Assembly: GCA_030587475.2 (NCBI GenBank)
Contig: JAUQYZ020000234.1
Coordinates: 1-21,239, forward strand
Source: Candidatus Sigynarchaeum calidifontis
GTDB taxonomy: Archaea; Asgardarchaeota; Lokiarchaeia; Sigyniarchaeales; Sigyniarchaeaceae
Direction of reading: 5' to 3'
Length of the DNA: 21,239 bases
Shown: in pieces, positions 6,931 through 14,640 of the stretch
How the letters are laid out: every line of letters begins with the position of its first letter
Position numbering within the stretch: position 1 is the first letter of the stretch
Notes under the pieces: model-generated
Told to the model about the DNA's origin: nothing
The model's input: only the letters and a program-made list of their open reading frames with translations
Database searches by the model: none
Program-made: the position numbers and the translations under genes

Positions 6931-8165
6931 ACGGGGCGACAAGCATGGGAAAGAAGGCACAATCACCAGCAAAGGCACTTGACAAGATCGCCGAGCATTC
7001 CGAGGTGTCGCTCGGTGAATTGAAGGCGGTCGGGACCGAAACGGGAGAAAACAAGGAGATCCGCATCGCGATCGCGGGTCTCGGCAATTGCGCATCGGCG
7101 CTAGCCCAGGGGATCGAATACTACCGCAACATCAAGGAAGAGGACATGTACATCAACGGTCTCATGAACCCGAGCATCGGCGGGTACTTGCCAAAGCACA
7201 TGAAGATCGTCGCCGCGTTCGAGGTGAACGCGCTCAAGATCGGCAAGGACGTCGCTGAGGCCATTTATTGCGACCCCATCACGACCCCGCACTTCGTCGC
7301 ACCCGAGAAATACCCGAAAACAGGTACGATCGTCCAAGCGGGCCCCGTCCTTGACGGCGTCGCGCCGCACATGCGCGAGCGCTTCCATGTCTACGAGGAC
7401 GTTGATTCCAAGATCAAGCCGTGCGACGTCGTGAAAGTGCTCAAGGATGCCAGGGCCGAGATCCTGATCAATTACTGCCCCGTGGGATCTTTCAAGGCTT
7501 CGCGGTTTTACGCCCAGGCAGCACTCGACGCGGGTTGTGGATTCATCAACTGCATCCCCGAGTTCATCGTGAGCGAGCAAGTGCCCGGCGACAAGGACTG
7601 GGTGGCCGAGTTCAAGGCACGAGGCCTGCCATGCGCGGGGGACGATATAAAATCACAAGTCGGTGCTACGATCATGCACCGGATGCTCGCCAAGTTGTTT
7701 CTCGACCGTGGCGTTATCGTCAAGGACACGTACCAGCTCAACATCGGCGGGGACACCGATTTCGAGAACATGAAGATGGAGAGCCGCCTCGTGACGAAAC
7801 GGAAGTCGAAAACCGCGGCGGTGACGAGCGTGCTCCCTTACGAGACCAAGTGCCGCATCGGGCCCTCCGACTTCGTGCCGTTCTTGCTGGGCAAGAAAAT
7901 CTGTTACATCCGCATGAACGGCATAACCTTTGGCGGGGTGCCGCTTGAGGTCGACGTGAAGATGCGCGTGGAGGACGCGCCGAATTCAGCAGGGGTCGTG
8001 TTTGACATCATCCGCGTCATGAAGCTGGCTCTCAACCGGAAGATATCCGGCCGTTTGGACTCGATCTCGTCATTTTCTTTCAAGCATCCTCCAATCCAAC
8101 CGCCATCGGACGTGATCGCGAAACAGTGGGTCGCAGAGTTCATCGAGGGGAAGCGGGAGAGATAG
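6927..8165 (+). CDS. ino1: Inositol-3-phosphate synthase (MIPS), canonical prokaryotic type
   Basis: AIAGLGNCASALAQG, GDDIKSQVGAT, YQLNIGGDTDF, TKRKSKT, IGPSDFVP, EDAPNSAG and FKHPP. ATGA overlap with the upstream stop; an alternative start is ATG 6945. Confidence 0.95.
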   Translation: MNGATSMGKKAQSPAKALDKIAEHSEVSLGELKAVGTETGENKEIRIAIAGLGNCASALAQGIEYYRNIKEEDMYINGLMNPSIGGYLPKHMKIVAAFEVNALKIGKDVAEAIYCDPITTPHFVAPEKYPKTGTIVQAGPVLDGVAPHMRERFHVYEDVDSKIKPCDVVKVLKDARAEILINYCPVGSFKASRFYAQAALDAGCGFINCIPEFIVSEQVPGDKDWVAEFKARGLPCAGDDIKSQVGATIMHRMLAKLFLDRGVIVKDTYQLNIGGDTDFENMKMESRLVTKRKSKTAAVTSVLPYETKCRIGPSDFVPFLLGKKICYIRMNGITFGGVPLEVDVKMRVEDAPNSAGVVFDIIRVMKLALNRKISGRLDSISSFSFKHPPIQPPSDVIAKQWVAEFIEGKRER

Positions 8166-8181
8166 GCCGCAAGCTAGCACG

Positions 8182-8189
8182 TTTTTTTT
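8182..8189 (+). terminator. Oligo-T terminator candidate after the MIPS pair
   Basis: A T8 run 16 nt after the TAG stop, followed by further pyrimidine-rich sequence. Confidence 0.45.
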
Positions 8190-8219
8190 CCATTCTCGTC
8201 TTTATTCTTTTGAAAGGGC

Positions 8220-8969
8220 ATGACCAAGAAAACCATCATCGCCATCGGCGGTGGATCGTTGCGCCGCCGCGAGACCGAACAGATTGACAGACATATCATC
8301 AACATGACAGGCTCCAGGAACCCGCGCGCGCTTTACATCCCGACTGCCTCTCTCGACAACGCTGTTTATGTTACATTTTTCGAAAAGGTCTACGGCGAGA
8401 ACGGGTGCAAGGTCGATGTTCTCTTGCTTTTCAAGGAGCGTTATTCCCCCGCGCAGATCGAGGAAAAGATCATGTCGAGCGACCTGGTATACATCGGGGG
8501 CGGAAACACGCTGTTTCTCTATAACATGTTACGGTTCTACAAGGCTGACGAAGTGCTGAAGCGCGCGTGGGAAGGGGGCACGGTAATGTCGGGCCTATCG
8601 GCCGGGTGCATCATCTGGCACGAGCACGGGCTCACGGACTCCATCCACAAGAAGCTCGTCGACATGGGAGGCCTGGCTTGGCTACCGAGGTTCGTCACCC
8701 CGCATTATTTGCGCGAGCCCAAGCGAAGAGCAATCTTTCAGGAGATTATCGCTGCTCGGGGTTATGAAGGCCTCGCGATCGACGACAACTGCGCGGTCGT
8801 CTACGAGGGATCGTCTATCAAGGACGTCATCTCGCTCGGGGAAGGTTATGGCGCGAGAATTATGCGGGTAGAAAAGGGAGAAATTACGGCGATCGATCTC
8901 GATAAGACACTGTTAGAGCACCGGGTCGAGCCGCTGCGTATGCGCCTCAAGCAAAAAATAGCCCGTTAA
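8220..8969 (+). CDS. pepE: Peptidase E (S51 family, class I glutamine amidotransferase-like)
   Basis: IIAIGGG, YIPTAS, YIGGGNT, GLSAG (nucleophile Ser), PHY (His) and AIDD. Confidence 0.9.
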   Translation: MTKKTIIAIGGGSLRRRETEQIDRHIINMTGSRNPRALYIPTASLDNAVYVTFFEKVYGENGCKVDVLLLFKERYSPAQIEEKIMSSDLVYIGGGNTLFLYNMLRFYKADEVLKRAWEGGTVMSGLSAGCIIWHEHGLTDSIHKKLVDMGGLAWLPRFVTPHYLREPKRRAIFQEIIAARGYEGLAIDDNCAVVYEGSSIKDVISLGEGYGARIMRVEKGEITAIDLDKTLLEHRVEPLRMRLKQKIAR

Positions 8970-8990
8970 AAGAGTGGAAGGATTAAACCT

Positions 8991-10424
8991 TCAAGCTTGC
9001 TTGATGTACTTATCATGGACAGCTACGAGCACGTCAGCTACCTTTTCTTCTTGTTCCCTCGTGAGCTGGCTCGGGACGTTGATACCGACGGACGTGACGA
9101 GTAATTCGTCAAGATGCGGGAGCGTGCCCCGGTCGTACTTGTAATTGACATGAAACGCGTTTCTGGCGCAATGCCACGGGCAGCCGTTATTCAATGGCCA
9201 TTTCCCGACGAGCTGCGGGATGTTGTAATAGACGTGAATTTCAAAATCGTGCATGAACCACGGGCGGAGCCCGTACGCGTCGAGTGCCTCGGCGATGGCA
9301 CGCCCCCTCTTGATTTTCACGTCGTCGGGAGCATCGTGCCAGGGTAGGTGAAAAATGCAATAATAACCCGTGTCGCCGGGATTGGCCGGATCCGCCCTGG
9401 CGCGTGGCACGAGGCCGAGCCGCTTGATGCACGCCTCGATGCGATCGTGGCTTTCGCGCATTTTACCGAGAATTGAATCGAGCTTCGTGAGCTGCACGCG
9501 AGCGATCGCTGCTTGCATTTCGGTCATGCGACGCCCCTGGCCCCAGCCGACCGGTTCGTCGCCGTACCAGTTCTTGGAGGGCGTGCCGACGGCCTTCAAG
9601 AAGCCGGCATTGTGGAGGGCATCGATCCGCTGGTGTAGGGCCTTGTCCCGCGTCACGATCACGCCACCCTCGCCTGCCGTCATGTTCTTGTTGATCTGGA
9701 GGCTAAAGATGCCGACATCGCCGAATGTCCCGATGCGGTAGGTGCCGGCTTTTCCGGCAACCACCGAGCCCTGGCATCCGGTGGCATGTGCCCCGAGCGA
9801 CTGGGCATTGTCTTCTAGCACGCGAACGAGCGGGAGCCCGCGTCGAGCACGGTCACGATTCACTTCCCTGATGATTTCCATTATTTTCCCGATGCGAGCG
9901 CATCCGCCAAGCATTGGAACGGGGATGACGACCTTCGTTCTATCCGTGATCCGCTCCTTCAAGGCCGCTGGATCCATATTCATCGTGTCATCGGAATCCA
10001 CCAGGACGGGTATCGCGCGGTTCCGGATGATCGCGCTAATCGTCGACACCCACATAAACCCTTGCGTGATGACCTCGTCCCCACACCCGACTCCAAGCGC
10101 GTCGAGCGCGATTTCAAGTGCCCCAGTACCACTGTTCACGGCAGTAACGAAGTATTTGCTGGTATCTGGCCATGGCATACCGGGCTCGCTCGCGATGAAG
10201 CGGGCAAATTCTTCTTCGAATTGCTTGACCTCGAAACCACATTGCGGGCCATAATAACGGAACGGGGACTTGTTATGTATCACCCGGAGGACTGCATCCG
10301 CCTCGTCCTTCCCGTAATGGATCGCACCGGGAAATTCCCGGGGCAAGCCAAGATCCTTCGCTCCTGGAAGGGCGGCCGCTCGTGCTTGCATGCCATTTTC
10401 TGGTTTTACCTTGCCTTTTGCCAC
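8991..10424 (-). CDS. DegT/DnrJ/EryC1/StrS-family PLP-dependent sugar/cyclitol aminotransferase (KdnA-like N-terminus)
   Basis: NSGTGAL, GDEVI, LEDNAQ, FSLQINKNMTAGEGG (PLP Lys) and RMTEMQAA. The N-terminus has PG...FRYYG. GTG start. Confidence 0.92.
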   Translation of the reverse strand: MAKGKVKPENGMQARAAALPGAKDLGLPREFPGAIHYGKDEADAVLRVIHNKSPFRYYGPQCGFEVKQFEEEFARFIASEPGMPWPDTSKYFVTAVNSGTGALEIALDALGVGCGDEVITQGFMWVSTISAIIRNRAIPVLVDSDDTMNMDPAALKERITDRTKVVIPVPMLGGCARIGKIMEIIREVNRDRARRGLPLVRVLEDNAQSLGAHATGCQGSVVAGKAGTYRIGTFGDVGIFSLQINKNMTAGEGGVIVTRDKALHQRIDALHNAGFLKAVGTPSKNWYGDEPVGWGQGRRMTEMQAAIARVQLTKLDSILGKMRESHDRIEACIKRLGLVPRARADPANPGDTGYYCIFHLPWHDAPDDVKIKRGRAIAEALDAYGLRPWFMHDFEIHVYYNIPQLVGKWPLNNGCPWHCARNAFHVNYKYDRGTLPHLDELLVTSVGINVPSQLTREQEEKVADVLVAVHDKYIKQA

Positions 10425-10495
10425 GATGTCGACCTCGAATCAGTAGCTGAGGAAAAAACGGGCTCGGTTTAATGGTCTCGCATCGTTCAAGGCGC

Positions 10496-11782
10496 ATGAC
10501 CATGCACGCTCCAGACCCGGTGCCCAAGTGGATCATGCGCACCATCCACGCGACGTATATCTTGTCGTTCTTGGATGATGTATGCACGGGGCTCTTCGGT
10601 TTCGCATTATCCTTGTACACTGCGGCCCTTGCCAATCGAATGGGTGCATCACCGGCGGAACGTGAATTCTGGGTTGGCCTTGTTGCCACGGGCTGGGGAG
10701 CTGTCTACATGTTTTCCGCAGTGCTGCTGGGAAAGCTTTCCGACAAGATCGGCCGGCGGAATTCCCTCTTGATCGCCATGGCTGGCTTCATCGCGATGAA
10801 CGTGTTCGTGCTGTTTTTCGCATCGCACCCGCTACACTTGTTTTTCGCCCTCTGCGGCGTCGCGTTGTTTTTCGGCTTCGTCTTCCCCGTCCTCGAGGCG
10901 CTCATCTCCGAGCTCACGGAACCGTTCGGGCAGCGGTTCCACGCCCGCTCGTTGAGCATCTTCATGATCGCATGGAGCGGCGGGCTCACTCTTGCCCCGC
11001 TCATCGGGGGCTTCTTCGTGGCATTCGTCGGCCACCTGATCGCCTTCGGATACCTGGTCGCCCACGCGACGCTCATCGCCATCATCGCCATCCTGTTCCT
11101 CCCCACGCGCAAAAAAACAAAGGAATACCTTGCTACGTCGAAAGCGGCCAACACGGGCGACGAGCGCATTGATGGGTTCTTCACGAATCTCCCCCGGCCA
11201 ACGTTTAAGTTTCTCCAGGCTTCCTTACTGCTACTGCCGCTCGTCTTTGCGTTCTGCAACCAGATTTTCTTCTCGATATACCCGCCATTCGGGGAACGGA
11301 ACGTGACTGGCGGGCTCGTGTTGAATGGGGTAAATCCGGCCCTTGTTGTCGGGATCCTGACGTTCACGCTCGGCGTTGGGAGAACCTTGACGTTCTGGCA
11401 CACGGGCCGGTTACCGAAGCGGCACTTTTTGAAGGCTATCCTCCTTTCGCCCATCGCCATGGCATCGAGTTGCCTCGTCATCTATTGCGCACGCACAGCG
11501 GACGTGCTCCTCCCGGCATTCCTCGTTTACGGGTTCGGGACGGGTTATGCATATGCCATTGGCTTGATCCTGCTCATGGAGCTGACACGGACGGGCAAGG
11601 GCTTGAAAGCAGGGCTCTACGAGGGTGTAATCGGCGGCGGGACGCTCGCGTCCACCTTGATCTCCACCTTCATCGGCCAGGTCGACGCATCATCGCCATA
11701 CTTGCTCGCCACGCTGTTCGCCACGGGGGTAAGCGCGGCCATCGCGGTCTTGTTTGCGATCCAGAAATGCTCGAGTGCTTGA
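10496..11782 (+). CDS. Major facilitator superfamily transporter
   Basis: About 12 hydrophobic helices and MFS motif A (GKLSDKIGRR). The ORF is open from 10472, but TTTAAT at 10468-10473 favours a start at 10496 or 10502. Confidence 0.88.
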   Translation: MTMHAPDPVPKWIMRTIHATYILSFLDDVCTGLFGFALSLYTAALANRMGASPAEREFWVGLVATGWGAVYMFSAVLLGKLSDKIGRRNSLLIAMAGFIAMNVFVLFFASHPLHLFFALCGVALFFGFVFPVLEALISELTEPFGQRFHARSLSIFMIAWSGGLTLAPLIGGFFVAFVGHLIAFGYLVAHATLIAIIAILFLPTRKKTKEYLATSKAANTGDERIDGFFTNLPRPTFKFLQASLLLLPLVFAFCNQIFFSIYPPFGERNVTGGLVLNGVNPALVVGILTFTLGVGRTLTFWHTGRLPKRHFLKAILLSPIAMASSCLVIYCARTADVLLPAFLVYGFGTGYAYAIGLILLMELTRTGKGLKAGLYEGVIGGGTLASTLISTFIGQVDASSPYLLATLFATGVSAAIAVLFAIQKCSSA

Positions 11783-11800
11783 TCGCAAGTCGATTTTGTT

Positions 11801-12859
11801 TCATTGGTTCCCGGCGTCCGAACGCTTGTGTTCCCAGATGAATCGAACGACCATGTCCCATGTCGGCATGTTAACCCTTGCGGATTCTCCTTGGACGATG
11901 AAAGCCGCGGTTGCGTTCCCGAAGGTCAGGCACTGCTGGAAAAAGCTAGGCGTGGCACTTTGCGCTTTCAAGAACTCGTCGAACGATGCCTTGTATGACA
12001 TTCCAGGCTTTTTTATCGACGGGAGGGATTCCTTGAACTGCTTGAGCACGTTGGCAATGAAGCCCGCGTAGAATGCGTCGCCCGCCCCCGTCGTGTTAAC
12101 GGCGGGCACGTCAAAAATAGGCTCGATCTCGCCTGAAGTACCCATATAATAGTACTTGCTACCCTTGGGCCCGAGGGTCACCACGAGGAGCTTCACGCCC
12201 GTGTTTTCAAAGCAGATATTTGCATTGCTATCGATATCAGCCCTCCCGAACATCTTATCGAGCTCCCGTCTCGAGACGACGAGGACATCGACGTTGTCAA
12301 GAATGTCCTTCAACGCCTTGTACCCGCGCATGGCATTTATCCCGCCGGGGTTCATCGACACGATCGAGCCGTGCTCGCTTGCGAGCCGGGCTGCCTCGAT
12401 CAAGGGTTCCGTCACCCGGAGGCTACCGAGGTGCACGATCAAGGCTTTCTCGAGAAAGGGAGCCTTCGCGATGATGTCCTCGCCTTTCAAGGCTTGCGGC
12501 GCGCCAGGGAAGGCGAATATCATGCGATCCGCGTGCTGGTCCACCGGGATGAAAACCTGGCCAGACGGGAGATCGGCATCCACGATGATCCCGTCCGTGT
12601 CGACGCCCGCGTCTTGAAACGCCTTGATCAGCTCGATCCCGTTGTGGTCTCGCCCGACCTTGCCAACAAACCCGACCTTCAAGCCAAGCTTCGCCGCCGA
12701 GACGACCGTGTTGGCAGCAGAACCACCCGGAGCGTATGACAAGGCAGTTACCGCCACCTGGTCGTCTATCTCGGGAAATTTGTCGATCTTCGCGATGATG
12801 TCCATGTTCGCTGCCCCGATGGCAACGAGATCTAGCGGTCTGTCGTTCGGGTTCATCAT
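11801..12859 (-). CDS. PfkB/ribokinase-family carbohydrate kinase
   Basis: GAANMD, PGGSAANT, GKVGRD, VVTLGPKG and NTTGAGDAF. The start is placed at ATG 12859, since the upstream extension to 12931 runs through the divergent promoter. Confidence 0.92.
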   Translation of the reverse strand: MMNPNDRPLDLVAIGAANMDIIAKIDKFPEIDDQVAVTALSYAPGGSAANTVVSAAKLGLKVGFVGKVGRDHNGIELIKAFQDAGVDTDGIIVDADLPSGQVFIPVDQHADRMIFAFPGAPQALKGEDIIAKAPFLEKALIVHLGSLRVTEPLIEAARLASEHGSIVSMNPGGINAMRGYKALKDILDNVDVLVVSRRELDKMFGRADIDSNANICFENTGVKLLVVTLGPKGSKYYYMGTSGEIEPIFDVPAVNTTGAGDAFYAGFIANVLKQFKESLPSIKKPGMSYKASFDEFLKAQSATPSFFQQCLTFGNATAAFIVQGESARVNMPTWDMVVRFIWEHKRSDAGNQ

Positions 12860-12944
12860 TGGATCGCCGTTAGAATGTTGCTCCCGTGGTTTAAAAAAGG
12901 ATATATACTGCTTCAAACGAGGGATGAGCATTCGGGTGAATCAA
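12860..12944. promoter_or_regulatory. Compact divergent promoter between the PfkB kinase and the SDR
   Basis: AT-rich core GGTTTAAAAAAGGATATATAC at about 12888-12908 gives TATA-like boxes on both strands. GGTGA at 12935-12939 precedes TTG 12945. Confidence 0.45.
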
Positions 12945-13760
12945 TTGACAAGAATCCAATTCGCATTAATAACGGGCGGGAGTTCAGGCTTAGGAAAGGC
13001 CCTCGCGATATCGCTCGCGCGCGGCGGCTCGTCGGTCGTTATCGTGGCGAGGAACGAAGCGCGTTTAACCGAAGCCAAGGCGGCAATCGAGGCCGCAAAG
13101 GCGGGAAATGGATTCGTTAAAACCGTGCAAGCCGACGTGACTGACGAGAAACAGGTTAGGAACACGTTCGACAAACTGGTGCAGCACGAGGGGGTGCCGA
13201 CCCACCTTATTAACTGTGCCGGTGCGGCAAATCCAGGGTATGTACAAGACTTTTCTCTTGCAGATTTCGAGGCAGCCATGCGGCTCGACTATTTCGGGAC
13301 GGTCATCCCCACGATCACGATGCTCCCCCATTTTCTCTCCCGCGGTTCCGGGCACGTGATCAACGTGTCGTCGGCGGGCGGTTTCGTTGGTCTCATCGGT
13401 TATGCGACGTACTGTCCCGCGAAATTCGCCGTCATGGGATTCTCGGAGGTTTTGCGGCACGAGTTGAAGCCGAAAGGCATCAAGGTGAGCGTTGTTTGCC
13501 CGCCCGATATGGACACGCCCGGCCTTGCCACCGAGAACAAGACCAAGCCCGAGGAATGCAAGATCATCTCGCAGCGCGGGAAGCTGGTCAAGCCGGAAGA
13601 TGTTGCCAAGGCCGTCATCGACGGTGTCAAGAAGGGCAAGTACTATATCCTGCCGGGCGAGTCGAACTACATCTTCAACATGAAGCGGTTGTTTCCCAGC
13701 CTCGTGTTCAGCATTATGGATGGCGACTTGCAGAAAGCGTTGAAGAAGCTTGGAAAGTGA
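12924..13760 (+). CDS. Short-chain dehydrogenase/reductase, 3-ketodihydrosphingosine reductase (KDSR/Tsc10)-like subgroup
   Basis: ITGGSSGLG, ARN (NADP-type), INCAG, NVSS, YCPAK (YxxxK) and PPDMDTPGLATENKTKPEECKIIS. The start is ATG 12924, GTG 12936 or TTG 12945 (the last has a GGTGA SD); it is not 12624. Confidence 0.88.
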   Translation: MSIRVNQLTRIQFALITGGSSGLGKALAISLARGGSSVVIVARNEARLTEAKAAIEAAKAGNGFVKTVQADVTDEKQVRNTFDKLVQHEGVPTHLINCAGAANPGYVQDFSLADFEAAMRLDYFGTVIPTITMLPHFLSRGSGHVINVSSAGGFVGLIGYATYCPAKFAVMGFSEVLRHELKPKGIKVSVVCPPDMDTPGLATENKTKPEECKIISQRGKLVKPEDVAKAVIDGVKKGKYYILPGESNYIFNMKRLFPSLVFSIMDGDLQKALKKLGK

Positions 13761-13776
13761 ACGGGGGGAGCATTCG

Positions 13777-14568
13777 ATGCTCGCGACGACACACGCGTTT
13801 GTTGCGGCCATAGTTGCCGCCATCGTCTTCTGGAAAATGCCGGTCGCCCTCCGCCCGAACCACGGCCGCTTTTTGCTGTTCGCGATGGCCGCGGGCATGC
13901 TGGTCGATTTCGACTTCCTCTCGGGTTTCCTTGAACTCGCGTTCTCAGGCGCGATCCCCCCGTCCCTGCAGCAATACATTTTAGAAGGTCGCCAGAACCA
14001 TCCCGTGTTCACGCACAGCATGATCACGCTCGGGATCGCCGCGGTCGCTGCGGGGATCGGTTTCGCGTTGCTCGCGCGGGCGTGGCAACGCGCCCGCAAG
14101 GATAACCAGGTCGCCGGCTCGGGGGCCGGGAACCTCCGTTCCGCAGTCCCTACCATCATCACCTTCGCTGCGACCGTGACGCCGCAGCTGCTCTTGCGGC
14201 TCGGTTCCTCGCACTGGTGGGGAATTGACAACTTGCAGCTCTGGAACTTCAACGTGTCCATGGCCATCGTATTCCTGACTGGTTTAATCGCCGGGATGGC
14301 GGCAAACGTGAAAAGGCCCGCATACTTGCTCGTCTTCGGGCTGGGAATCAGCCTCCACTTGCTATGCGACATGATCCAGTACTTCGTGCTCGTGCTCGGC
14401 CCGTTCGACCCCGCGTGGATGGCGGGGGTCTCGCCGCTTCGTGTCGGGTTGGACTTGTACTCGGATTCCGATCTGGTGCTGGGCGCGATCGTGGAGGGGC
14501 CTGCCATCGTGTTCATCGTTATTTATGCCGTGTGGTTCGCAGTGAAAGGAAAAAGAAAAATACGATAA
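13777..14568 (+). CDS. Membrane-bound metal-dependent hydrolase (YdjM/DUF457-like)
   Basis: Multi-TM protein with the family's His/Asp pattern: TTH, LVDFD, HPVFTHS and SLHLLCD. GGGGGAG SD lies before ATG 13777. Confidence 0.75.
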   Translation: MLATTHAFVAAIVAAIVFWKMPVALRPNHGRFLLFAMAAGMLVDFDFLSGFLELAFSGAIPPSLQQYILEGRQNHPVFTHSMITLGIAAVAAGIGFALLARAWQRARKDNQVAGSGAGNLRSAVPTIITFAATVTPQLLLRLGSSHWWGIDNLQLWNFNVSMAIVFLTGLIAGMAANVKRPAYLLVFGLGISLHLLCDMIQYFVLVLGPFDPAWMAGVSPLRVGLDLYSDSDLVLGAIVEGPAIVFIVIYAVWFAVKGKRKIR

Positions 14569-14640
14569 ATCGCCGCGTCCCGGCATACGTGGACCCACCA
14601 TTTTTTATACCTTCAACAACTTTATCACGGGATTCGCTCC

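Noticed and set aside
12624-12931. N-terminal extensions of the SDR (from 12624) and PfkB (from 12931), implying overlapping genes
   Set aside because: The extensions are antisense to the partner gene or run through the AT-rich promoter. The family domains begin at about 12945 and 12859.
13065-14516. 483-aa antisense ORF spanning the SDR and hydrolase genes
   Set aside because: It has low-information Ser/Ala/Pro/Arg-rich composition and overlaps two well-supported plus-strand genes.
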